Source: an uncultured virus (IMG/VR IMGVR_UViG_3300009826_000018) (Duplodnaviria > Heunggongvirae > Uroviricota > Caudoviricetes). From it: 54,026 bases of DNA. Under the pieces are notes generated by a model. That model made no database searches. It worked only from the letters and a program-made list of their open reading frames with translations, and had not been told where the DNA came from. The stretch spans positions 62,001 through 116,026 of IMG/VR virus record IMGVR_UViG_3300009826_000018; one strand, given 5' to 3'. Of this stretch, positions 19,153-30,100 are shown piece by piece (within the stretch, counting starts at the first letter, position 1; each line of letters starts with the position of its first letter). The position numbers were made by a program, and so were the translations under genes.

Positions 19153-20004
19153 ATGCCTATAAAACCATCCAACCACGACAGGTCGGGGTATGAATATTAC
19201 ACCAAAGAAGAAACAGTTAGAAAAATAATTTATCATTATGATTATCATTTCCGTAAAAGTGATATAATATGGTTGCCATTTAACAGTGAAGATAAACCCA
19301 TATTTAAAATAATGTCGGAAAGATACCCAAATAAACGGGTGATAACCAACCCCCACAAAAAAGAGTGGTACAACGAAAATATTGGTTGTTATGACTTTTG
19401 GGAATGGGTGGATGACGCGGAGTTTAGAACTATGATTCTGAATAATAGGGTAATGGTATTTGATAATCCACCATTTAAAGGTGCTACGAATGTGATGCGA
19501 AATCTATTAATAGCGAGAGAACGTAATAAAAACCTTAATTTCATTCTATTTAGTGACGCAATGACCGGTATGAATAAGGTTACTTCGCTCAATAAGAATG
19601 GTGCTATTGCTTATCACATATTGGGTAATGTTGAATTTGATAACACCCAAGATAAAGATAAACGTATCAGTATTGCATTATTTTCTAATCTATTCGAGGA
19701 AATAAAATTTGTATATGGTATCGGCATTGATCAACGTGATAGAAATGGTATTCAACATTGGTCTGAAAGGTGTAATCTTCATAAATACAGAGACGAGCGT
19801 GGTGGACAGATTAGTTCTGCTGAATTAATTAACGTTTGTGCCAGGGGTACACCCGAATTAGGTGGTTATGAATTTAAGTTAAATAGATTTGATTTCACCC
19901 AAAAGTGTGTGAAGTTTGGGGGTTGTGCAATATACAACTTTGAAACCGATGAGGAAATGGAAAAACTTAACCAAAAGTTAGGTTTAGAAAACAGATATGG
20001 GTAA
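19153..20004 (+). CDS. Putative adenine DNA methyltransferase (EcoRI-methylase-like family)
   Basis: N-terminal EYYT, IWLPFN SAM-binding variant and catalytic DNPPF. Confidence 0.65.
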   Translation: MPIKPSNHDRSGYEYYTKEETVRKIIYHYDYHFRKSDIIWLPFNSEDKPIFKIMSERYPNKRVITNPHKKEWYNENIGCYDFWEWVDDAEFRTMILNNRVMVFDNPPFKGATNVMRNLLIARERNKNLNFILFSDAMTGMNKVTSLNKNGAIAYHILGNVEFDNTQDKDKRISIALFSNLFEEIKFVYGIGIDQRDRNGIQHWSERCNLHKYRDERGGQISSAELINVCARGTPELGGYEFKLNRFDFTQKCVKFGGCAIYNFETDEEMEKLNQKLGLENRYG

Positions 20005-20221
20005 ACAAGTATATATAACAGAAAAACAAATTGGTGTAATTGTCAAAGTTCTTTATACACTTGAAAATGTAACAGCGGTCGAACCGTTTGGAGAAGAGGC
20101 TGACGAAGCAACAATAGCAGCATATCATCAGGATATTGAAGATAGAGACGAAATGCGAAAATTACTTGTAAAGTATTACGGTAAAGCAATACCCACCCTT
20201 CTTAAATATTTTGATGATTAA
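19997..20221 (+). CDS. Hypothetical protein (N-terminus KQVYITEKQ)
   Basis: ORF overlapping both neighbours by a few nt. Confidence 0.6.
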   Translation: MGKQVYITEKQIGVIVKVLYTLENVTAVEPFGEEADEATIAAYHQDIEDRDEMRKLLVKYYGKAIPTLLKYFDD

Positions 20222-22167
20222 TAACCTTGTTTAAATGGGTTATATGTGTGATAATTTGAACCACAATTTACCGGAGCAGCATAAAAATTCCGTTTTTCTT
20301 TTTCTCTGTTTACCGTAGCGGTTCTTAAAAACCCAACAGGTTTTCTTTTTTCAGGAACAACTTCTTGTGTGTTTTGATTAGTTTTATTATCTACTAATGT
20401 TTTCGACCAATCCCTTGCAAATAACCCCAATGTTAGTTTAGTTTTGTTTTTTTGTGTTTCACCCTTTACAATATAATGTTCAAACACATATACACCCATT
20501 GCTAATGCCATTAAGGTATCGTCATGACAACCGTTGGCGTGATCAACCTTACCATTCTTTATAATCCACGTTTCCGCTTCTGCGATAGTCCTCACACTTC
20601 TAATTCGGAGTGTATTGTGAGTTAACATTTCGATAAATTTGGAAATCATAAATGTACGCTGACCCTTTATGTGCATACCAGGTATTTTTTCAGACTGTGG
20701 TGTTTCAAATTCCTTCTTACTATCATCTTTAAGATACTCCTTATTAACATTTATACCATAATATATGTTGGGATATTTCCTTGCAACCAACGCTAAACTC
20801 ACTATTTCACCATAACCATTTGTATTATCTGTGATTATGAGTGCTTCATTATATATCAAACCATATTTATATGCTATATCGGCGACAATATCACCGGTCA
20901 TTCTACCTTCAAATTCCGCCACTTGTTCAATGTATTTATCCCCCGTATCTTCATCAATAGCATCTACGTCTATAATTTCAATAGCAGAATTATCACCCGC
21001 ATCACCACGTGATAGGTCGGCGGTGAGAATATACCTGTGTCCTGGAATAGGATATTTCCATATTCTCATTTCAGGATAAAGTGGGTCTGTTTTATAGTTT
21101 TCCGAAACGTTTTTATTACGCTGCATTTCTATAACTTCGGGTTTGATTGCTGTGTTACCTGAACCTAAAAACGAACATTCTAACTCCTGTGCTATTTTAA
21201 CGGCATCGTTGTTTGAAGCATTACATTCACTAATATACCACGGTGATATTGCTCTCCAACCATCAGATTCCATTCTTTTCCAACGCTCCGGATCATACTT
21301 AACGTCACCCCCCTTATTAATTATTGTGTCTTCATCCCAAATCTTTGTAACAATTTCTTCCCCCTTTTTATTGATACCGGGTACTTCTTTCCACCATTTG
21401 AGGTATTTGTTAAATCGTGGGTCATGATACCACTTCAAATAAGTAATCTTATAGTTATTTTTACCTAATTCTGCATTATGATATGTCTGATAATATAACT
21501 TATCTTTAAGATTAGGTGTGGATATCATTATAATACGTTTATCCTTCACAGTACCAGCTGTTCTGATTACAGAAGCAGCAACCTCATCACCACGTTCAAT
21601 AAACGCAGCCTCATCAAGCATAATAATTGAAGCAGCAGATATACCACGAGCGGCGTTAGGACCCGAACTTCTTGCATAAACTTTACAACTATTGAATAAT
21701 TCTAACTCTTCTTGTGTGTTTTTGAGAAAAATATCTTTTTTATTTACTAACTCACCCTCTTCATTTACATAATCTTTATCGGGGTGATAATAATCTTCAC
21801 CAAAAAACCAACGTGGGGTTTGTTCAATAAAGGCTTTTACTTTACTTAAATCATCCTTTGACATACCCAATTTGTTAGTAACAATTACCGCTGTTTCCAT
21901 TTTACCGGTAGGACATAATACCAAACTAGCAGCAATCCACGCACAGGTAACAGTTGAATAACCCGATTGTCGGGGTTTTAATACAATTGAATTTTGATTA
22001 TTAGCAATATTATATAAAAACTCTTTCTGTTTTGGAAAGAGTTTAAACTGTACACTCCGCTCTTGGGTGGCATCATACGTTGTTAAAAAATTTTCAATAA
22101 AATATATTCTACTTTTATCTTGAAAACATTTAACATATTCTTCTATTTGTTGTTCTTGTGTTATCAT
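20218..22167 (-). CDS. terL: Terminase large subunit (T4 gp17-like)
   Basis: LFPKQ Q-motif, KPRQSGYST Walker A variant, IMLDEAAF Walker B, ISTP, RNase H-like TADLSRG and HDDTLMALA. Confidence 0.92.
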   Translation of the reverse strand: MITQEQQIEEYVKCFQDKSRIYFIENFLTTYDATQERSVQFKLFPKQKEFLYNIANNQNSIVLKPRQSGYSTVTCAWIAASLVLCPTGKMETAVIVTNKLGMSKDDLSKVKAFIEQTPRWFFGEDYYHPDKDYVNEEGELVNKKDIFLKNTQEELELFNSCKVYARSSGPNAARGISAASIIMLDEAAFIERGDEVAASVIRTAGTVKDKRIIMISTPNLKDKLYYQTYHNAELGKNNYKITYLKWYHDPRFNKYLKWWKEVPGINKKGEEIVTKIWDEDTIINKGGDVKYDPERWKRMESDGWRAISPWYISECNASNNDAVKIAQELECSFLGSGNTAIKPEVIEMQRNKNVSENYKTDPLYPEMRIWKYPIPGHRYILTADLSRGDAGDNSAIEIIDVDAIDEDTGDKYIEQVAEFEGRMTGDIVADIAYKYGLIYNEALIITDNTNGYGEIVSLALVARKYPNIYYGINVNKEYLKDDSKKEFETPQSEKIPGMHIKGQRTFMISKFIEMLTHNTLRIRSVRTIAEAETWIIKNGKVDHANGCHDDTLMALAMGVYVFEHYIVKGETQKNKTKLTLGLFARDWSKTLVDNKTNQNTQEVVPEKRKPVGFLRTATVNREKEKRNFYAAPVNCGSNYHTYNPFKQGY

Positions 22168-22240
22168 AATCGTATTTCATAATTTTGTTTTTATAAAATA
22201 AAATTATTCTATTACATTCAAACTATTATTCTTTATTTTT

Positions 22241-24853
22241 TTAAGAATTTCGTGAAATATAATCATCAAGTTCTGCCGACGTATCACGGATTGTGGGTGC
22301 TTCACCTTCACCATCCCAATCATTATCAGGGTGATTTTCTTCCGCTTCATTACTTCTAAGTGTTGCTTTTATTGCATTTTCCACTCTTTTAACAGTTTTA
22401 ACATCTAATGGTTTAGTATCACTACCACCACACCAAGCAGTTGAAAGACCTTCTATGTAATCATAATCAAGTGTATCATTCGGGTCTAATTCGTCAAGAA
22501 TGTCGCGTAATGATGTTGTTGTCATTGCTACCGCAGGTTTTGTTGGTGCAGTTGATTGAACATTTTGACCGAACAACTCCTTTCTTATCAACATATCCAA
22601 TTTGTCAGAAGACATAATAGCCAATTTTGGGTTATTTAACCATTTAAAAATTTTCTCTGTTGGTAATTGTTCGTGCGAAAATTCGTCTTTTTGAATTTGT
22701 GTAATTCTATTTATTATTCGTTTTCTATCTTTTTCTAAAAGCGGTGATTGCAACATTTGTGATTTAATTTCTAATTTCAAGTGCATCATATCAGTAAAAT
22801 CCGACACACTTAAAGATAACCATTTTTTAATTTGGTTTCTTAATGCTCTTTCACCATCATTTGCACCACCCCTTGAAGTATTTGTTTTGATCAAATTACC
22901 ACGTGAATCATATGCAAAAAGTCTATTAGAATTTTTATCGAGAGTGTTTGTTGTTAAATCCCCATCATCTTTTAAACTATCATAATCATATAGTTGTTCA
23001 CCTTTCTTCGCTTTACGTGTTGGACCAGAAGATAAATCAACATTGGGTATAAATTCTTTTTCTTCGTCTTCGTTTAGTTTTTTACGTTTTAGAGATTCTT
23101 GTATATCACCACCAAACATTTCAGATACTATTCTTTTTAATGTTGAATTATCAACCTTATATTTTTTCATTATAATATCAGCATATGTTTCATCAGTAAG
23201 TATGTTTTTAATATAACTTCTTATTTCTGTACTTTCTTCGGGTGTATTATCACGTTTTGTTGATTTCTTTTCTTCATAAAACCACTCACCAATTCTTGCG
23301 TGAATATAAACCATAGCGTTCTTCATTGCTGCTTTTTCAATAAGTTCTTCCTGCGCATCAGGCGACATTTTTGTCCAACCCGCGCCAAATATACCATATT
23401 CTTCCCCACCAGGATTATAAACCTGTGCTTCGCGGTCGTAATTTTTACTTCCTTTGAATTTAACATAGTAACCATCTTTAAACTCCATATGATGTAGGGT
23501 TTTTAAGTGTGTAATTAAACTCTCAAAACTTTTTTTATCATTTTCATCTAAACTTTCAATTTGTTCTTGGTTTGTACCAACAATTTTATCAATAAACCTA
23601 TTAAGTGCGGGTGAAGAATCATATGCTCTCGTTATTCTTCTATCAGGATTAAATGGGAGAGAAGGTAATATATCTTTTCTATCCATAATATCATCACGCA
23701 TTTCCTTATCAGATTGTCCACCTAAAAGGTGTTCTTTCATTTTTAATTCATTTTCCGCTTCATAATCTTCTATTGCAAACTGAATTTCCATATCTATTGC
23801 TTCGGCAACAGTAGTGTATTCTGATAAATCATCCTCTATTTTCTTTATTTCACCCTTATCTTCCCAATTAGGGTGTTTGCGTTTAAATGCATCAACGTCA
23901 TTATTTGGTATATCATACTCTTTTCCTGTTCCGTGAACCACAAACTGATACCTTGTTTCTGCTGCCGAAGGATCACCATCTTCATCCTCATATTTAATAT
24001 ACATTGTATCAAACTTACTAGTATCGAAACCGTCTTTGGTGGTAAAATCATTTCCTCTAAAAACATCTCTTACTTTTCCAACATATGTTTCATTTCCTTC
24101 CACATTCTTATTCGATCTATCTCGTTTGTCAGGTGTTTCTTTATAAACCCTATCTATAATTCTATTTAAAATAGATGTTACGACCTGTGTGTCTTCATTA
24201 GTTTCTACTTTAATACCCTTTTCGGAAAGACGTTTCATTATATATGCCGAAAACGCACTTGCTTGGTTATGTTGAATTGTTTTTTCGGGTGCAACATTGG
24301 GGTCTTCATCATCACCCATTGCTTCTTGCGCCGCCCTTTTTATCACGTCTTGTTCCAATTGTTGTGCCATTATATTTTTAGCGCGCTTGTTGGTATCACT
24401 TTGTTTACCCGCATCATTTCTTTGATCAGTGGTTCGTCTTGATAACCATATTGGTTCTTTGGTTGGTGTACCATCTTCTCTTGTAAATTCTATTTCAATA
24501 GGATTACAATCCGCATCAACATAATATTGACTTCCTCTACCACCCCTTTCACAATCACTACCAACTATTTGGGCAACATAAACATTGTCGTTACCAAAAT
24601 GGGGTTTCATTATTGTTGTTTTTCCTGTTTTTGAATTATTTTTTATTTTTTGTGCAGGTCTCAACATACCACCAAATACTTCCCCCTTTTCCCCATATCT
24701 TGGAACTTTAAACGATATGGGCATGTCAGTTCTAGGTAAACTATAAGGGACACCATTTGATTCACCTCTTGACGGTGCTTCCTCATCAGTTGTTTTACGG
24801 TTTGCTTCGTTTATCGGATTTTTTTGGACTTTAATCCATTCATTTGTTATCAT
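22241..24853 (-). CDS. Large charged hypothetical protein, probably late/virion-associated
   Basis: 870-aa ORF preceded by the late motif and upstream of terL; contains PINEA, IQES and KLNED motifs. Confidence 0.7.
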   Translation of the reverse strand: MITNEWIKVQKNPINEANRKTTDEEAPSRGESNGVPYSLPRTDMPISFKVPRYGEKGEVFGGMLRPAQKIKNNSKTGKTTIMKPHFGNDNVYVAQIVGSDCERGGRGSQYYVDADCNPIEIEFTREDGTPTKEPIWLSRRTTDQRNDAGKQSDTNKRAKNIMAQQLEQDVIKRAAQEAMGDDEDPNVAPEKTIQHNQASAFSAYIMKRLSEKGIKVETNEDTQVVTSILNRIIDRVYKETPDKRDRSNKNVEGNETYVGKVRDVFRGNDFTTKDGFDTSKFDTMYIKYEDEDGDPSAAETRYQFVVHGTGKEYDIPNNDVDAFKRKHPNWEDKGEIKKIEDDLSEYTTVAEAIDMEIQFAIEDYEAENELKMKEHLLGGQSDKEMRDDIMDRKDILPSLPFNPDRRITRAYDSSPALNRFIDKIVGTNQEQIESLDENDKKSFESLITHLKTLHHMEFKDGYYVKFKGSKNYDREAQVYNPGGEEYGIFGAGWTKMSPDAQEELIEKAAMKNAMVYIHARIGEWFYEEKKSTKRDNTPEESTEIRSYIKNILTDETYADIIMKKYKVDNSTLKRIVSEMFGGDIQESLKRKKLNEDEEKEFIPNVDLSSGPTRKAKKGEQLYDYDSLKDDGDLTTNTLDKNSNRLFAYDSRGNLIKTNTSRGGANDGERALRNQIKKWLSLSVSDFTDMMHLKLEIKSQMLQSPLLEKDRKRIINRITQIQKDEFSHEQLPTEKIFKWLNNPKLAIMSSDKLDMLIRKELFGQNVQSTAPTKPAVAMTTTSLRDILDELDPNDTLDYDYIEGLSTAWCGGSDTKPLDVKTVKRVENAIKATLRSNEAEENHPDNDWDGEGEAPTIRDTSAELDDYISRNS

Positions 24854-24871
24854 ATCAAATATTATTTTTTT

Positions 24872-24881
24872 TATAAATAGT
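24872..24881 (-). promoter_or_regulatory. Putative late promoter ACTATTTATA
   Basis: About 18 nt upstream of ATG 24853. Confidence 0.65.
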
Positions 24882-24942
24882 ATTTTATATGTAATTTTAT
24901 AGGGATAGTATTAAAATCTCATAAACTAAATAATATACCGAT

Positions 24943-25128
24943 ATGCAAGTAGTAACTATTAGTATCAATGTAATGCACGAACTTATACAGAAAGCAGCAC
25001 TTATGGGTATTGAAAAAGCACTTAAAGTAAATGTTAGGGGTCACAGCACCCTTCCCGAAAGAAATATTGAACGTGCAAATAATATTGCAAACAAAATTAT
25101 GGTTGATAACTTTCTATTACTCCCATAG
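24943..25128 (+). CDS. Small hypothetical protein
   Basis: 61-aa ORF with ATG after an AT-rich leader. Confidence 0.5.
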   Translation: MQVVTISINVMHELIQKAALMGIEKALKVNVRGHSTLPERNIERANNIANKIMVDNFLLLP

Positions 25129-25182
25129 GATCGGATTATTATTTTGTTCTTTTATTCGCTGTAAATTTAAAAATTGAAATTT

Positions 25183-25473
25183 ATGTTTTGTAAAGGAATG
25201 AGAACAGATATGGGAGATTTCCCAATTAGTCCATTGAACCCACTCATAGTAACGCGGGTTGTTGATGGTAAAATATTTCAGCGCGCATACACATTTAGTG
25301 CGAAGGCGGAGCTCGAAGCATTTGTTGAAGACAATTTGGTCTTTGATGATGGAAGAACACTGATAGGGGTGTGGAAGGGTGAATGGCGAAGTGATGTGTT
25401 TGAGTTGGATTTCAACACAATTATTCCAAAAGTAATTGCATTTGGTAGAAATTATAAAACGTTTAAATATTAA
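25183..25473 (+). CDS. Hypothetical protein
   Basis: ORF containing GVWKGEWRSDVF; start uncertain (25183, 25198 or 25210). Confidence 0.6.
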   Translation: MFCKGMRTDMGDFPISPLNPLIVTRVVDGKIFQRAYTFSAKAELEAFVEDNLVFDDGRTLIGVWKGEWRSDVFELDFNTIIPKVIAFGRNYKTFKY

Positions 25474-25479
25474 ATAATT

Positions 25480-25725
25480 ATGGTTGATTTTGTAGTAAAA
25501 TCCCCTGAGGGAAGAATAGCAGTAGTTGCTTCACGGCAAAAATTTAAGTATATTAAAGCCGGATACGTTGACTTCGGTCAACTCGATTTATCAAACACCG
25601 ATGTAAAACACCTCTTACATAAAGGTTATACCAAAGAAGAGATTTTTGCAATGGGTGTTCAAAAACATGTCAAACTAGAAAAAAGAATTAAAAATGGCAA
25701 AGAACATTTTTTCACAGTCAAGTAA
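25480..25725 (+). CDS. Hypothetical protein
   Basis: 81-aa ORF overlapping the ligase start. Confidence 0.6.
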   Translation: MVDFVVKSPEGRIAVVASRQKFKYIKAGYVDFGQLDLSNTDVKHLLHKGYTKEEIFAMGVQKHVKLEKRIKNGKEHFFTVK

Positions 25726-27103
25726 GTATAATCCTAACTACGCAACGCGGGTTATTAGGATTGATAACATTAGAAATCACCCCAACGCCGATAAACTCGA
25801 TATTATCACTGTAACAGGCGACAATATTATAGTTGCAAGGGATAGTGTGAAAGTTGGTGATTTAATGGTGTTTTGTGGGGTTGAATCTGCTCTGAATTTG
25901 GATTTTTTACGTGTAAATAACCAATTTCGTGATAAGGAAGCAAACGCAAATACCACAGAAACCGGTTTCTTTGAAGATAAAGGTCGTGTAAAAGCAATCA
26001 AACTTCGTAATGAAATCTCAACAGGATTTTTGTTTCCCATATCTTGGTTAAATGTGTGGCAACCCGAATTAAATCTAAATAAAATTGAGGATTATATTGG
26101 GATAGGATTTGACGAAGTCGGCGGACAACTCTTTTCAAAGAAATATGTTGTTTATAAACGCGAACCAGGTATGTCAGGTGGTGGTAAAAACAGACGTAAC
26201 AACAAACTGAAACAGTTTGATAAACTCATTGAAAATCAGTTTTCGTTTCATTACGATACCGCAAGAGTTGTTGATAATATGTACAAAATAGCACCTGATG
26301 ATGTTATTGCGATAACAAGTAAATTTCATGGTAGTAGTGTCATTGCCGGATATGTTTTGACAAATAAACAATTGTCTTGGTTTGAAAAACTCTTATTAAG
26401 ATTGGGTGTAAAAATTGAAACAAAACAATACGACTATGTTTATTCAAGTCGTGGTGTTATCAAAAATCGCTATATCAACAAAGATGTTGGAAGTGGTTTC
26501 TATGCAACCGATATTTGGACATTCGCAGGGGAAGAATTGAAACCATTCTTACACAAAGGACAAACCGTTTATGCTGAACTTTGTGGATATGAACCCGGAA
26601 CGAAGAAGTTCATTCAAAAAGACCACGATTATTTCAACAATGAGGGTGAAATGTCAATCCACATTTATCGTATCACTTCGACCAATGAGGATGGTGTTGT
26701 TCACGAATGGACAGTAAAACAAATTCAAGGTTGGTGTCAAAAAATGGGATTAATAATTCCACATTTGGAATTAACTGCGATTACTCCTGCAAAAACCCGA
26801 ATTATGCCGGTGAAAGAATTGTACTACGGCAAAGCAAAGGATGTGTTTCCCGAATTAGCGGTTGAAGAACATTGGCACAGAAATTTTGCTGATATGTTAT
26901 CAAAAGATACTGAAAGATTCTCTATGGAGTTAAATTCTCCCGACTGTCGCAATCGTGTTCCTCATGAGGGTGTGTGTATTCGTAATGAAAGTAAGGGTTA
27001 TCCTGCTCTGAAAATGAAAACCAAAGCACACTTCCTAATGGAAACCCAAAACATGGATAAAGGTGAAGTGGATATTGAAAGTGTAGAATCCGAAGAAGTT
27101 TAA
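25694..27103 (+). CDS. ATP-dependent RNA ligase, DRB0094/Rnl5-like, with N-terminal OB domain
   Basis: HPNADKL N-terminus, motif I TSKFHGSS, YAELCG, HEGVCIR and KMK. Confidence 0.8.
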   Translation: MAKNIFSQSSKYNPNYATRVIRIDNIRNHPNADKLDIITVTGDNIIVARDSVKVGDLMVFCGVESALNLDFLRVNNQFRDKEANANTTETGFFEDKGRVKAIKLRNEISTGFLFPISWLNVWQPELNLNKIEDYIGIGFDEVGGQLFSKKYVVYKREPGMSGGGKNRRNNKLKQFDKLIENQFSFHYDTARVVDNMYKIAPDDVIAITSKFHGSSVIAGYVLTNKQLSWFEKLLLRLGVKIETKQYDYVYSSRGVIKNRYINKDVGSGFYATDIWTFAGEELKPFLHKGQTVYAELCGYEPGTKKFIQKDHDYFNNEGEMSIHIYRITSTNEDGVVHEWTVKQIQGWCQKMGLIIPHLELTAITPAKTRIMPVKELYYGKAKDVFPELAVEEHWHRNFADMLSKDTERFSMELNSPDCRNRVPHEGVCIRNESKGYPALKMKTKAHFLMETQNMDKGEVDIESVESEEV

Positions 27104-27109
27104 TTTAAT

Positions 27110-27150
27110 AAAACTACCCATATTACGGTGTGGGTAGTTTTATTTTTTTT
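27110..27150 (+). terminator. Intrinsic terminator
   Basis: AAAACTACCCATA-ttacgg-TGTGGGTAGTTTT hairpin followed by a T tract. Confidence 0.8.
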
Positions 27151-27165
27151 TGTATATTTGTACAA
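27150..27165 (+). promoter_or_regulatory. Bacteroidota-type promoter TAnnTTTG (TTGTATATTTGTACAA) abutting the polymerase start
   Basis: TATATTTG at 27153-27160; 15/16 identical to the element at 40093-40108. Confidence 0.65.
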
Positions 27166-30100
27166 TGATAGATAATGATAAAATAAATGTTTTTCTTAAT
27201 GGTCGTGATCCACAACAACGCATATCAAATATTGAGTGTGGATATAACGATAAAAGTGTAAAAGTATATTCACGTAATGACAAAAATAGAGTAGTATGTC
27301 ATTCGGAAGACTTACTTCCTTTTGTGTGGGCTACCGCCGCTGTTTCAAGAATGATGTTTGGTGGTGATAGACCCAAACTCATAGAAGAAATGAAAAAAAC
27401 CGGTATTAAATGTAAGGGGTTACAAACAAAAGGTGAAAATGGTTTTGAACCCGATAGAATGGTTAATGGGTACTGCGTGTTATTTCAAGCAAGTAAACCC
27501 ATGTCATACTCCGCATTTGAAAAATTCTTTGCGAAAGCCTTGGGTTGGGGTAAAAGGGGATCATTATTTTATGGTGAAATTGAGGGTAAAAGACATTTTT
27601 TAGTGGTTAATCCGATAGAAATGTTTCTCATTCACACAGGAAAACGTTTTTTTAAGGGTTATGATGATTATGACGATTTATTACGCCTCACTTGGGACAT
27701 TGAAACAACAGGATTAGACCCCGACTACCATCAAATCACACAAATTGGTATAAGAACCAATAGGGACTATGAAAAAATCATTCATGTTAATGAAAGAACT
27801 TCGGAATTAAAGGCAATAGAATATTTTTTATATTACGTTGGTCAATTAAACCCCGATTGTGTTGCAGGTCATAATAGCGAAAACTTCGATTGGCATTTTA
27901 TTTTAACACGTTGTAAAATTCTGTCAGTTGATTTTGATTGGGAAGAGTGGTGTCGCAAAACTAAACACATACCAAATCTTAATCAAAGAATAGAAGAAAT
28001 ATGTGCACAACACAAAACCCTGAATTTTAATAATGATTGGTTTGCTGCAATGGCGTTGTTATATACAGGTGATAAAATATACAAAAAAACAAAACAGAAA
28101 GTACTTAAACTTGGTGGGGAAATGGAATTTTATTTTCCCACGATTTTTCCTTCTCATACTGTCATAGATTCACTTCACGCAGTTAGACGCGCACAAGCAA
28201 TTGACAGTAATTTCAAATCAGGTAGTTTAAAATATGCTGCCGAATATGCTAAAGTTAAACGCCCAAACAGAGTGTATATTCCGGGTGACCAAATTGCAGA
28301 AATATATAAAGACAAAGAATGTCATTATTTATTAAATGAAGAAAACGGGGAATGGTATTTGCAAACAGAGGTGGAAGATAATGATGTTGATATTAATGAA
28401 TATCCCCGAAAATTGGTTAGTGGCGAATATCTTGCGGACAGATACCTTTTAGACGACTTGTATGAGGGTGATAGGGTAGAATATACCTACAATTCACCAA
28501 ACTTCTTTCTATGTAAATTATTACCCATTATTTATCAGAAAGCAACCACAATGGGGACATCTGCTGGTTGGAAGTATATGTTATTAGCATTTTCTTATGA
28601 AAATAATATTGCAATTCCAATTACCGATAGACTTTATCCGTTCACAGGGGGATTATCCCGGCTATGGAGAACAGGTTTTGTTAAAGACGTTGTAAAATAT
28701 GATTTCAATTCTCTTTATCCTGCTATTACACTAACATGGGATATATTTCCACAATTAGATATTAGCGGCGTATTTAAGGCGTTACTTGGACATATTCTTT
28801 CAGAACGTGAAAAATATAAGGGATTAAAGAAAGACGCAGGAAAAACAGTTGGAAAATTAAAATCTGACAATGCAGATTCAGACGAAATAAGAAAATGGGA
28901 AGCATTAGAAAATAAATATGATAAGTTACAGTTGCCAATGAAGATATTCGGAAACGGTTTCTTCGGGTCCTATGGCGCAGCAAACATTTTCAATTGGGGG
29001 TCTGTTCCACATGCTGAACAAATTACTTGTACCGCTCGAATGTGTTTACGTTTGTTGATAAAATGGATGATGGATCGTGGATTTCAACCTATCGTCGGCG
29101 ATACCGATGGTGTTAATTTCACTTATTCACAGGTAGATAAGGAATATACTTACACTGAAAAGGGTTTAAATCGCAACACAAAAGAGGGTAGAGAATCGAA
29201 AGGTATTCACGCATATTGTGCTGAATTTAATGATTTGTTTATGCGGGACAAAATGGGACTTGGATTGGATGAAATTGTTCCTGCAAGTATATATTTCAGT
29301 CGTAAAAACTATGCCGACTTACTTGAAAACGGTAAGATAAAACTTGTGGGTAACTCAATTAAGAGTAAGAAAATGCCCAAGTTTATAGAATCGTTTATTG
29401 ACACTAATCTCCCACTATTATTAAAAGAAGATGGGCAACAATTTTTGGAAAATTATTATGCTTATATTGGAAAAATATTTAATAGACAGATACCATTAAG
29501 ACAAATTGCTTCTATTGGTAAAGTTAAAATTTCTTTGAGTCAATACAAAGAAAAAATGGAAGAAAAAAACAAACTCGGTAACAGTAAAGCGAAACAAGCT
29601 TGGTATGAACTTGCCATTAGAGAAAACTTAAATGTTTTACCGGGTGATACGATTTATTATATCAACACAGGATTAAAAAAGGGAACAGGTGATGTTGTAA
29701 AAACCCCTGTTTATGAGTTGGATAATGAGGGTAAACCGGTAATGGTGGATAGAGTTGATAAAGCAGGTAATATTGTTTATAGTAAGAGAAAACCGACCAA
29801 GAAAAACCCAAATCCTGAACCGGTTGCACTTCAAGATAAGAAAATATCGCATTATGATTATGTTTTAAATTGTGTAAGAATTGACGAAAAAATATTAGAA
29901 ACAGATATAGAATATTATGGAAACGAAGATATTTTTGGTGACGATGGTTTAAAGTACAACATTCCGAAGTACATTGAACAGTTTAATAAGCGTATTACAG
30001 GTTTATTGACTTGTTTCCACCCTGATATTCGGAATCAAATTTTAATAACAAACCCAAAAGATAGGCAATATTGGGATAAATCCAAGACACAATTGGTATC

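Noticed and set aside
18277..20004. Type II restriction-modification pair (nuclease plus NPPF methyltransferase)
   Set aside because: The genes are separated by an unrelated ORF and both calls rest on short motifs; there is no evidence of a shared target.
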